A DNA stretch of 64,000 bases, from the NCBI RefSeq assembly GCF_006345805.1, contig NC_043011.1, positions 47,008,464-47,072,463 on the forward strand. The letters run 5' to 3'. The number at the start of each line of letters is the position of its first letter. Position 1 is the stretch's first letter. This DNA comes from Octopus sinensis. Its lineage: Eukaryota. Position numbers and translations under genes: made by a program. The notes beneath the pieces were generated by a model, which was not told the DNA's origin, made no database searches, and saw only the letters and a program-made list of their open reading frames with translations. This document shows, piece by piece, positions 52,290 to 64,000 of the stretch.

Positions 52290-52665
52290 GATGTCTCAAG
52301 GAAGGACTGTGAAAAGCTTTCTCCCTATAAAGATCTGAAAATTGAAATAGCAAAAATATGGAAGCTTAGTACTACAGTAATACCAGTGGTAGTTGGTGCA
52401 TTGGGAATGGTAAAGAAGGGAACTGAGAAGTATATTAAGCAACTCACTGGTAACTCCAATCTCAGTGAACTACAAAAGATAGCCCTGATGGGTATAGACC
52501 ATATACTACGGAAATTACTCTCCATCGTAAATGGAATAAATGTGGTGATAATTTTAGCATGCATAGCAAAACAAAAGCACCCTTGCTACTCTTGACCTCT
52601 GGAGGATGCCCGGTACAAAGGCAGCTGAAATAAAAGTTATAATAAAAAGAAACCATAAATGATAA
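52290..52665 (+). mobile_element. 5'-truncated R4/Dong-like LINE, second subfamily, within (TAA)n
   Basis: EKLSPYKDLKIEIAKIWKLSTTVIPVVVGALGMVKKG...LQKIALMGIDHILRKLLS; different 3' UTR; (AAT)n on both sides. Confidence 0.85.
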
Positions 52666-52677
52666 TAATAATAATAA

Positions 52678-52908
52678 GGCGGTGAGCTGGCAGAAACGTT
52701 AGCACACCGGGCGAAATGCTTAGCGGTATTGCGTCTGTCGTTGCGTTCTGAGTTCAAATTCCGCCGAGGTCGACTTTGCCTTTCATCCTTTCGGGGTCGA
52801 TAAATTAAGTACCAGATACGCACTGGGGTCGATGTAATCGACTTAATCCGTTTGTCTGTCCTTGTTTGTCCCCTCTATGTTTAGCCCCTTGTGGGCAATA
52901 AAGAAACA
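52678..52908 (+). mobile_element. SINE family B, young full-length copy
   Basis: GGCGGTGAGCTGGCAGAAACG...TTAGCCCCTTGTGGGCAATAAAGAAA with CpGs intact. Confidence 0.9.
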
Positions 52909-52924
52909 GATAATAATAATAACC

Positions 52925-53520
52925 CTTTCTATTATAGGCACAAGGCCTGAAATTTTGGGGAAGGGGGATAGTTGATTACATCAACCCCAGTAATCAACTG
53001 GTACTTAATCTATCACCTCTATAAAAGGGTGAAAGGCAAAGTCAAACCTCAGCAAAATTTGAACTCAGATCATAAAGGTGGACGAACTGCTGCTAATCAC
53101 TTTGTCATGTGTGCTAATAATTCTGTCCTCTCACCACCTTCATCATCATCACCATTTAATGTCCTTTGTTCATGCTGGTATGGGTTGGATAGTTTGACTA
53201 GATTGGCAAGCGAGAAGGCTGCGCCAAGCTCCAGTCTGATTTTACATGGTTTTCTACAGCTGAATGTCCTTCCTAATGCCAACCACTCAGAGTGTAATGG
53301 GTGCTTTTATGTGCCACTGGCATGTGTACCATTTGTGTGACACTGATATCTGCCATGACCATGATTTTGCTCAGCTTGATGGGTCTTCTTCGCAAGCATG
53401 ACATAATGCCAAAGGTCTCAGTCAATGCCTCTGTGAGGCCCTACACTGAAAATGAACTCAACTACTTTGCATCCATGAGGCCCAACGCTCAAAAGGAACT
53501 CAACCACCTTGCTTCGATTA
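52925..53520 (-). mobile_element. Family G (52925-53135) and family F long form (53140-53520)
   Basis: Family-diagnostic motifs. Confidence 0.8.
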
Positions 53521-53879
53521 ATTAATAAGAATGAAAATAATTATAATTTCTAACATAAACACAAGTAAGGTTTGGCAGAGCAAGAAGTTGATTAATTAAA
53601 TTGGCCCTAGCATTTGACTGATATTTTATCTTATTGATTCCAGTAGGATGAAAGACAACGTTCACCTCAGTATGACTTGAACTTAGAATGCAAAGGGCTG
53701 GAAGGGATGCTACAAGGAATTTCTCTTGATGTGCTACTAACTGTGTTAAGCTGCCTCTGCTTCCACAACCAGCACCATTAGGAGAAGGAGGAGGAGGAGG
53801 AGGAGGAAGGGGAGGGGTATAATCTCTGATTAAATAAATAAATGGGTAGAAGGTTCAATGAATGGATAGATGGTTAGAA

Positions 53880-53913
<34 letters not shown>

Positions 53914-53979
53914 TAACGAAACAATTGAAAAATAAGGTGTGAAAGATCAATATAATCTGTGATTAAATGAATAACTGAA

Positions 53980-53980
53980 T

Positions 53981-54015
<35 letters not shown>

Positions 54016-54201
54016 GACGGACGGACGGACGGACGGACGGACGGACGGATGAATGGATGGATGGATGGATGGATGGTTGGATGGATGGATGGATAGGTGA
54101 ATTGATGGATGGAGAACGACAGATACAGGCAGCAGAGGGAGAGAAAGAGAGAGAGAGAGAGCGAGAAAGGGATAGACAGATGGCTAAATGGATGGATGGC
54201 T

Positions 54202-54237
<36 letters not shown>

Positions 54238-54282
54238 TAAATGGATAGACATATGGCTAAATGGATGGATGGATGGATGGTT

Positions 54283-54368
<86 letters not shown>

Positions 54369-54372
54369 AATA
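53980..54372. repeat. Graded microsatellite (GACA)n>(GACG)n>(GATG)n>(GA)n
   Basis: Direct inspection. Confidence 0.9.
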
Positions 54373-54904
54373 CAAAGAGAAAGAGTTGGACAGCAAGTTG
54401 TGAGAGATCAAATGGATGGCAACGAAAACTGTTGAGAGAATGACAGTGAATGAATGTGAGGAAATTATAGAAATGGAAATTAAAGAGAAATAAATATTCT
54501 TGGAAAGCAATAAGAACTCTGATTAGAGAAATGTCATTTAGAAAGAAAAGATTGTTTCACCTACCCCTTATTTCTTTCTACACTTCCTTCCACTGAGGTA
54601 AAAAAAAAACATGAATATATATTTTTTTTATAACTATGGATGGACCTGTACTTTGTGAATGAAACTAGGGAGATGGAAACTGTAAAGAAGCTTGCTAGGT
54701 GGATTGATTCTGCCTGAGGATTATACGAAGGATATATGTGTTTGTAGAATGGTTAATCACTAACATGTTATATATATATATATTATATATATATATGTAT
54801 ATATATATATGTATATATATATATTGTATATATATATGTATGTATTTGTGTGTATATATATATATATTTGTATATATATATATATTTGTGTATATATATA
54901 TATA

Positions 54905-55031
54905 TAATAATAATAATATTAGGGAGTAAATCCAGACTTACAGGGAAAAATTAGATTTAGGATTAAATCTAATTTTATAGTATAAATATATATTATTTGC
55001 CTAATAGTGGTTTTATCTCTAATTTAATTTA

Positions 55032-55067
<36 letters not shown>

Positions 55068-55227
55068 ATATATATATATATTTGTGTATATATATATATA
55101 TAATAATAATAATATTAGGGAGTAAATCCAGACTTACAGGGAAAAATTAGATTTAGGATTAAATCTAATTTTATAGTATAAATATATATTATTTGCCTAA
55201 TAGTGGTTTTATCTCTAATTTAATTTA

Positions 55228-55236
<9 letters not shown>
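54905..55236. repeat. Tandem pair (196-bp period) of an internally deleted copy of the 3121-3390 element
   Basis: AGGGAGTAAATCC at 54921 and 55117; left arm and loop of the hairpin are missing. Confidence 0.85.
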
Positions 55237-55264
<28 letters not shown>

Positions 55265-55679
55265 ATATATATCTCTGTATATGCATATACACACACATAT
55301 AAACATTTCTCAAAGCAGTGATATTCCCTTGTATAGCAAAATTTGTAAACTTCCATATTTCCTTCTGTTGTCATAATATTTTCTTGTAATAATTGGTCTG
55401 TCTGTTCGCTTCTGAATGCAGAGCAACCCCCATTAATATAAGAATGTACAATGATATTCAGATCTAAAAGTTAACAAACTAATGAATGCATTGAAATTCT
55501 TAATGTATTCGTCCGTGTTAGTCACAACTCCGAGAGCTGCCTATTCATGTTATGTATGTAGAACTAATTAACTTGATTGGGTGCATCCTGCTGTAATTCA
55601 GATAGATAGAGATTAGAATTTCTGAAAATGAGCAAAATATTGAGTTAATTTTATGAGGCTGATAAAAGGAGCTTAGTCT

Positions 55680-55990
55680 TGACTGTGTGGTCGAGGAGTT
55701 TGGATTGCAACCACCATGCTCTGAGTTTGATACCTCTGTGTGAGACAGTGTGCCTATGACTTGGCTATACCAATACTGAATTTGGTGGATGGAAAATTCT
55801 TTAGTTGTGAATATTAGGTGCAAGCATGTCTGTGTGGTAAGAAGCTTATTTCTAAACATCATGGTTCTAGGTTCAGTACCACTGTGTGGAACCAAGTATT
55901 TCCTACTATAGTTTTGGGCCCACTAAAGACTTGTGAGTGCATTTGGTAGACAGAAACTGAATGAAGCTTATCGTGTGTATGTATATATGA
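55680..55990 (+). mobile_element. Two adjacent decayed SINE heads; donor of the 50573-50871 insertion
   Basis: The first head is intact further 5' (GACTGTGTGGTCGAGGAG) only in this copy. Confidence 0.75.
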
Positions 55991-56122
55991 CTTATGAGAA
56001 TTCGCCTAGAAAATAATCATATTTGCTAAAGAAAATTGAAACCTAGGTATAACTGCAAAAAATAAGTTTTTATTTTTCATTTCCTTCAAAAATTGCTATT
56101 AACTGTGGTTTTGGTCATTTTG

Positions 56123-56349
56123 TCGACCTCGGTGGAATTTGAACTCAGAACGTAGCGACAGACGAAATACCGCTAAGCATTTCGCCCGGCGTGCTAACGT
56201 GTCTGCCAGCTCGCTGCCGATAATAGTGTTATGAGCATAAATAGTGACTAAGGTTTGGTGGAAGATTCTAATTCAAAACTTATGGAAACAAGACATTTGT
56301 ACTACAGAGTCAGAGCTGGTTTCAGCCGGGTTGGTATCGAAAGGGTTAA
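56123..56349. mobile_element. Truncated family B SINE (-, 56123-56218) next to a piggyBac-like MITE end
   Basis: End GGTATCGAAAGGG|TTAA; the same family occurs at 63290-63427. Confidence 0.65.
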
Positions 56350-57154
56350 GAAGAAGGAGCATTGCACACCATGCAATGACAATCAGTTTTCCTCACACTT
56401 AGCATCAATGCATCCAAAAGCATCACAAGTGTTTTTTTTTTACATTTGTGAAACCATAAGTATTGCAGATCTAAGTCACGGACTGTTAATATAAATATTT
56501 AATCTTTATGGCATCTGCTGAGTTCTCTTTCCTATCATTAAAAGACCTGTCTGTATATCTGCTCCAGACCTTGCTGAACTTTATCTATAGACAGAGAGTA
56601 AACAACTGAATGACAGAGAGGAAACCACTATTATATTCACTGAATTATATCAATACCATCGGGGAGGTTTTATGTGATATGCCTCATTAGGAAGATAGAA
56701 AGCACAATTAAGCAGATGGACTGACAAAAACTTGATTAACTTGATGTAAAAAGTGAGAGTCTGGCATCAGTCCAACTCTTTGCTAAAATACTTTGTGTAA
56801 TTGCGTAACATCTTTTAAACAATTTCTTAAAATAAACATTCATGCAGACAAAACAAAGAATATTTAAGAAGCAGTCACCACAGCAAAAAATATATGAGAA
56901 AAAACAATAACCACAACACGCAAGAGGTCCTATCAAACAAGATCGTTAAAGACATGAAAACTAACTTTAAATCATACAATCATTTAATCACTGAAGTAAA
57001 GGAGCCATTCTGTTAAAAATTGATGACTGTTTGGATCACCTCATTGTGCAGTTCTTCTGTATCACACTTCAGGAATACAAGTCTAATTTCCCTTTCCACT
57101 TCTAAATGAAGTCTAGTTAAACCTTCTAGAAGCAAATAGTCCCAGTAAGTATGC

Positions 57155-57350
57155 ATCATCATCATTGTTTAACGTCTGTTTTCCATGCTAGCATGGGTTG
57201 GATGGTTCGACTAAGGTCTAGGAAGCCAGGAGGCTGCACCAGGCTCCAGTCTGATCTGGCAGTGTTTCTACAGCTGGATGCCCTTCCTAATACCAATCAC
57301 ACCAGCATGGCCACAGTCAAATGACAAAAACAAATAAAAGAATAAAAGAA
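57155..57350. mobile_element. Chimera: family F (-) fused to a family A tail (+)
   Basis: GCCCTTCCTAATACCAATCAC joined to CAGCATGGCCACAGTCAAATGAC...AAATAAAAGAATAAAAG. Confidence 0.7.
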
Positions 57351-57454
57351 AGAAAGAATTATCAGTAAATATGTCTTGCTGGTTTCTAAAACATAGGAAG
57401 CCCCAGATTATATTATCCAAGCTACTTTTTCTAAGACAACAGTATGAATGCAAA

Positions 57455-58230
57455 CAGATTTGGTCACCATTTCTAGCAGATTTGGTCACCATTTGTAGCA
57501 GATTTGATCATCAATTCTAGCAGATTTGGTCACCATTTCTAACAGGTTTGGTCACCACTTCTACCAGGTTTGGTCACCATTTCTAGAAGATTTGGTCACC
57601 ATTTCTAGAAGATTTGGTCTCCATTTCTAGCAGGTTTGGTCACCATTTCTAGCAGATTTGGTCACCATTTCTAGCAGATTTGGTCACCACTTCTAGCAGA
57701 TTTGGTCACCATTTCTAGCAGGTTTGGTCACCACTTCTAGCAGATTTGGTCACCATTTCTAGCAGATTTGGTCACCATTTCTAGCAGATTTGGTCACCAT
57801 TTCTAGCAGATTTGGTCACCATTTCTAGCAGATTTGGTCACTATTTCTTGTAGATTTGGCTACCATTTGTAGCAGATTTGGTCACCAATTCTAGCAGATT
57901 TGGTCACTATTTCTAGCAGATTTGGTCACTATTTCTAGCAGATTTGGTCACCATTTCTAGCAGGTTTGGTCACCATTTCTAGCATGTTTGGTCACCATTT
58001 CTAACGGGTTTGGTCACCATTTCTAGCAGATTTGGTCACCACTTCTAGCAGATTTGGTCACCATTTCTAACAGGTTTGGTCACCATTTCTAGCAGATTTG
58101 GTAACCATTTCTAACAGGTTTGGTCACCATTTCTAGCAGGTTTGGTCACCATTTCTAGCGGATTTGGTCACCATTTCTAGCAGATTTGGTCACCATTTCT
58201 AACAGGTTTGGTCACCATTTCTAGCAGATT
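57455..58230. repeat. 22-bp minisatellite, ~35 copies, consensus AGCAGATTTGGTCACCATTTCT
   Basis: 22-bp period checked (57611, 57633, 57655); no spacers; few recurrent variants. Confidence 0.95.
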
Positions 58231-58606
58231 AAGAATGACTTTCATCATATGCTTGCAGTGTCAGGTTTGACATTGGGATAATCAACAACAAGAAACTATT
58301 ACAAGTTATATAGATATCTGATTACCCCAAACTAAGACAGACATATTAACAGAAACACCTTAGCATTTAAACCAACTCATGCACACGTTCACAGTTTGTG
58401 TGCTGCTACTGACTTCCTTGTGTGTGTGTGTGTGTGTGTGTGATGGTATGATTGTGTGCATGTGTTTGTGGCAGAACATTTGCAGATTTGTTTAATTAAA
58501 ATGTTTATACACAAAAGGAGCGTTGACATATACATATATAAGTATATATCTATATATTTGTGCATATGCCCTCTCTCTCTTTTCCTGAGTTTCCTTTTTA
58601 GCCTAC

Positions 58607-58663
58607 CTCAGGTTTCCCTCTGAATCTATTTTCCGCAACGCAACGTTTGTCGCTACAGGAATT
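58607..58663 (-). CDS. Candidate 57-nt symmetric exon
   Basis: Minus-strand poly-T...ATCTGTGTAG acceptor and GAG|GTAGGC donor; 4 CpGs in a CpG-poor background; open frames IPVATNVALRKIDSEGNL or NSCSDKRCVAENRFRGKPE. Confidence 0.4.
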
Positions 58664-58733
58664 CTACACAGATAAAAAAAAAAAAGACAAAAATTAACTA
58701 TTTTAATTAAGAGTATAATATGTGTGTGTCTGT

Positions 58734-58764
<31 letters not shown>

Positions 58765-59139
58765 CATGTGCATACATATATGCTTGGAGATGATACACCA
58801 ATCCTTTAAGAACTATAAAGTTCTGTTAATTTGTTCATTCAAAACAAGAAACTTGAGCGTTAAAACTCTAAGCTAACTTCAAATTTTGTCAATTCAGTCA
58901 GATAAATTATGTACAGTACTGGCATAGATTTAAAATAATACTTGCATCCATTTATATATATATATGTATGTATATATATGTGTATGTATATATATATCTC
59001 TCTCTTTTTTTTTGCTTGTCTTGTTCCTTGGTTTGTGTCTATGTGTTTCGTCTCTCTATGTGTTCAACGTCTTTTTGGTGTCCTGTACACATATATGCGT
59101 GTATATGTACATGTAGAGGTAGGTACGTACATATATGTT

Positions 59140-59200
59140 TATATATATGCATATGTTCTATTTTATTAACATATATGTATGTATGTATATATAATGTATG

Positions 59201-59266
<66 letters not shown>

Positions 59267-59482
59267 TGTATATGTATATATGTATGTAAATATGTAAATG
59301 GATATGCACACAAATCACAATATATAATAGGCATTGACACACTTGCTTACAGAAGTGTGTATCAATCAGTCATGTTTATTTTTCATCAAAAATTAGAAAG
59401 AAAAACATTACGCATGTGTCTTTATATATATATGTATATATATATATACATATATACATACACACATGTACATATATGTGTG

Positions 59483-59532
<50 letters not shown>

Positions 59533-59599
59533 TATATACATACACACACATGTACATATATGTGTGTATATATATATATATACATTTATACATACACAC

Positions 59600-59634
<35 letters not shown>

Positions 59635-59770
59635 AATATACATGCATGCATATATAGATATACATATATTATATATATATACATGTATATTTATGTTTGT
59701 ATATATAGTGTGTATATATAGTATGTATGTGTATATATATATATACATATATGTATATATGAATATATAT
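59140..59770. repeat. (TA)n/(CA)n compound microsatellites
   Basis: Direct inspection. Confidence 0.9.
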
Positions 59771-60214
59771 CAATGTGCGTTTAGTTATGCTCTAATTACA
59801 ATTTGTAACTCTAAACACACAAATACAAGACCATGCCACAATCACATAAAAGTAATATCTGATTATACAGATGTATAAAAAGATGCACTCATATAATTTC
59901 ATATATATATATATGTGTGTGTGTGCTTGTGGACACACATATATACGTGCATAGTCCTTGATACATGTGCACACAAATGTCCGCAAACCTCATCCATATA
60001 CATGCCTGATGAAATTAGATTTTTTGTTTAAAACTTATTAACACCTCTGTCTCCTTTACATTCACAGAAAAAATATTTTTTCATAACATGGATGATTAAT
60101 CCAAAGTAATTAGAATACCTACACAAACGAATAAACTCGCTACCTCGCTCATTCACCATTTCTCACACTTTCTCTGTCGCCCACCCTCTGTTTTTCACTT
60201 TTCTCTTTCACCCT

Positions 60215-60215
60215 C

Positions 60216-60288
<73 letters not shown>

Positions 60289-60409
60289 ATATCTATCTAT
60301 CTCTCTATCTATCTATCTATCTCAAACAAAATAACTCTTGGCCTCACTCATATTCTATTCCATCTCTCTCCAGTGGAAAAAAGCACTACTTCTCTATCTC
60401 TCTCTCTCC

Positions 60410-60442
<33 letters not shown>

Positions 60443-60443
60443 G

Positions 60444-60483
<40 letters not shown>

Positions 60484-60504
60484 ATATATATATATATATA
60501 TCTG

Positions 60505-60539
<35 letters not shown>

Positions 60540-60575
60540 CTCTATCTATCAATCGATCTAGCTACATATCTATCC

Positions 60576-60651
<76 letters not shown>

Positions 60652-60660
60652 GCCTGTCTG
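60215..60660. repeat. (ATCT)n arrays
   Basis: Direct inspection. Confidence 0.95.
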
Positions 60661-61306
60661 TCTGTTTGTCTTTTTGTGTATCTATCTCAATCACTCTATT
60701 TTGCATATGTACGTACATACACAGAGGAATTCACAGATGCATTTTCTTAGAAAATATTGCACACATGGCTGCTGGTATGGCTATATGGTTAAGCACTTTG
60801 GTTTTTTGTTCAATGCTGCTTTTTGGTATCCTGTTGATGGGTTTGTGTTTCTAGTCTCGGCCTGGGTTTATAGATTGTCTTGAGATGGAATATCTTGGCA
60901 GGAATTCTGTATAAACCTGTCATATGCATATCATCATCATCAACGTCATTGTTTTATCATCAGCTTTTTCATGCACGCATCAAACACATGGAATTTATTG
61001 AGGCGAATCTTGCATGGCCAGATGCTTTTCATGCCACAAACACTCACCAATTTCCATGCTAATTAATAATACCCTATAACTGGACATATTTTCATAGAAT
61101 GACACTGCTTATCAAACAGTGAAGTCAAGACAAGGAGATACACATACGTTTATGTGATTGGCTTAATTATGCTTCCATCAATCAAGCAGCATTGCTTTGG
61201 TTGCTCCACAGCTATCGAAGATGCTTGTAAAAGAACTCTGAAGTTTGGGCCTTGAACCAGGCCTTTCCAAATACCCTTAAGGCCAGAAACTTTTCTCCAC
61301 CCTCTC

Positions 61307-61396
<90 letters not shown>

Positions 61397-61397
61397 A

Positions 61398-61536
<139 letters not shown>

Positions 61537-61539
61537 ATA

Positions 61540-61730
61540 CCATCCTCATTACCATCATTGTTTAACGTCTGCCTTCCATGCTGGCAGGGGTTGGATGGTT
61601 TGACAAGAGATGAGAAGGAAGAAGACTGTATCAGACTTCTGTGTCTGTTTTGGCAAGGCTTTTATAACTGGATACTTTTTACATGGCACCAGCACTGGCA
61701 GAGTCACCAAGAAAATTGCAAGATAGAGAA
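61540..61730 (-). mobile_element. Diverged family F element
   Basis: CATCATTGTTTAACGTCTGCC...GGGTTGGATGG. Confidence 0.7.
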
Positions 61731-61857
61731 CCTTTGAGAGGGGAGGGGCATTAGAGGAGGTATTCTTGTGTCAGATGATGAAAGGTTAGATGATGAAAGG
61801 CAGAGAGACAGAAACAGGTATCTTGCTGTAGATAAGATACATGGTTACCTGGAGAGC

Positions 61858-61889
<32 letters not shown>

Positions 61890-61954
61890 GGGGGAGAAAG
61901 AGTTAACAAGAATGAGGAAAGAAACAGGTGTGCTGCTGTAAAGAAATTATGTAT

Positions 61955-62520
61955 ATGATGTGCTTCTTTCAGTTTCTATCTACCAAATTCACTCACAAGG
62001 CTTTGGTTGGCCCAAGGATATAGTTGAAGACACTTGCCCAAAATGCCATGTGGTGGGACTGAAACATGTGGCTGGGAAGCAAAGTTCTTATTTCTTTATT
62101 GCCCACAAGGGGCTAAACATAGAGTGGACAAACAAAGGGATTAAGTCGATTACATTGACCCCAGTGCCTAACTGATACTTAATTTATCGAATCTGAAAGG
62201 ATGAAAGGCAAAGTCAACCTCGGCGGAATTTGAACTCCGAATGTAACAACAGATGAGATACCTATTTCTTTACTACCCACAAGGGGCTAAACACAGAGAG
62301 GACAAACAAGGACAGACAAACGGATTGAGTCGATTATATCGACCCCAGTGCGTAACTGGTACTTATTTAATTGACCCTGAAAGGATGAAAGTCAAAGTTG
62401 ACCTCATTGGAATTTGAACTCGGAATGTAACAGTAGACAAAATACCGCTAAGCATTTCGCCTGGCATGCTAACGTTTCTGCCAGCTCACTGCGTTCTTAC
62501 CACACAGCAACACTGGCACC
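61955..62520 (-). mobile_element. Family A head with a family B dimer (62091-62492) inserted
   Basis: TSD GTTCTTA at 62084-62090 and 62493-62499; dimer junction at ~62258-62270. Confidence 0.85.
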
Positions 62521-63289
62521 CGTAGCTACATTTTCGAACTTGCTATGTGAATTTTTTTTAATATTTGTCAGATTTATAGAAGTATAAATCTCTCTCTCAC
62601 ATACACACAGCTCATTCGGGGTTCTTATTCTACAGTTCTTGGGATATCCTTGTTAATTCTTTCGTGGCATTCTATGAGGTTCTCTGTATTATTTCTTTAT
62701 TTCGTTTCTTATATCACAATGCTTCGAGCAAATTACAATACAATGCTTCTCCAGTGTACTTTTGTGTTGAAATAAACTGTTTTATTAATATATGGTTGTT
62801 TTAACAACATTTAATGTTGTCGTTATTTATTTGTTATTTTTTTCTTTTTGTACCAAAATAGCATATCATTAATTAATTAAAGCTGATAGAGAAAGACTGA
62901 TACCATTTTTGGAATTAGCACCTCAAATGTACTGCAGAATTGTTTTAAGTTCTGTGACACCAAAATGTGTGTTAGCCAGTGTATAACAGCTCTGTTAGAT
63001 CCAGACTGACCAGGAGCTAAATAATAACAACATCAACAAAATTTAATATCAGCAAATCACTTCAAATTTACCTATGTGATATGAGGTGTTATATGGTACA
63101 GATTTTTGATATCGATTTGAAATACTTGAAACATTCTACAAAATATGTTTGTGGGAGTCATACAGTTTATACTTCAAAACTCACTGTAAAGTTCACTAAC
63201 CCTTTGGTTACTGTATTTAATTTGAGATGCACTCTGTTTCTTTCAATTAATTTTAAATATACAAAGAATTTATTAAAATAAATTAGTTA

Positions 63290-63427
63290 TCATTCAGCTA
63301 GTATTAGGAACATAAATTGTGACTATTGTTTGGTAGAAGATTTTAATTCAAAACTTATGAAAGCAAGACATTTGTACTATTGAACCAGAAAGGCGGTTTC
63401 AGCTGGGTTGGTATCGAAAAGGTTAAC
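63290..63427. mobile_element. piggyBac-like MITE end
   Basis: Matches 56225-56349 and ends GGTATCGAAAAGG|TTAA. Confidence 0.6.
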
Positions 63428-64000
63428 TGGACACATGTATAGTTAACTTGTTTATATATATACATATATATATGTGCACACATATACATATATATATGTT
63501 TGTGCATATATAAATAATGCGTGTGTGTGTGCATGTGTTCATGTCATTATATATAAATATATATATTATATGTGCCTATTCACACACACAGTGGAGAAGA
63601 AATTGAACTGGTAGACTTATTAGAGCATTATATAGAATGCCTTGTGGTATTTGTTGAGAAAGACGGAGAGAAGAGGAAAAGAAGAACTGAGAAGAGGGAG
63701 ACAAGTGTATGTATATATGAGTGTGTGCATGTGTGTGTGTGTGTGTGTGTGGTGTGTGTGTGTGCACACACTACGGAGGCTTCATTTACATAATAGGCTA
63801 ATTACAACAATCAAATGGCATTTAAACTAAAATTTCCTGTGTAATGGCCTCATTTTAATAAAGGAAATTAGACAGAGGTGAATAAATTCATTATTTTAAT
63901 GAGAAATAATGAAATATTGAATTATCAACATCATAAGACATACATATAAGCAGGCCTATGGTAAAAGATGCTCTGTTGGACTACATAATATAATGCATTG

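Noticed and set aside
57455-58230. CRISPR-like array
   Set aside because: Units are contiguous with no unique spacers, there are no cas genes, and the context is eukaryotic; the 22-bp period also rules out an in-frame coding repeat.

Overview
AT-rich, repeat-saturated metazoan DNA, most likely octopus. This is an inference from the SINE repertoire and the very high microsatellite density; no database check was possible. There is no intact multi-exon gene, tRNA/rRNA gene or CRISPR array, and most ORFs in the supplied track are translations of microsatellites or SINEs. Six recurring short retroposon families dominate (my labels). A = ~430 bp, head GGAGTGGCTGTGTGGTAAG, tail GAAACAAGTAAAAGAG. B/G = head GGCGGTGAGCTGGCAGAA with core GCCTTTCATCCTTTCGGGGTCGAT and two alternative tails. 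C = GGAGGCGCAATGGCCCAGTGG. D/E = heads plus a CORE-like block. F = (TGA)n-tailed, RTE-like 3' end. Also present: 5'-truncated restriction-like-endonuclease (R4/Dong-type) LINE ends embedded in (TAA)n, two decayed hAT transposase fragments, mariner and piggyBac MITEs, a Helentron-like element, several fold-back elements, a 22-bp minisatellite and many microsatellites. The most interesting signals are (i) minimal hammerhead-ribozyme motifs in two families of inverted, Penelope-style elements, one with a tRNA-like head; (ii) a ~300-bp locally templated insertion with a 19-bp target-site duplication; (iii) SINE multimers sharing one fixed junction at three loci; and (iv) TAA-specific LINE targeting. 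A few isolated candidate exons and one candidate recursive splice site suggest the window may be intronic.
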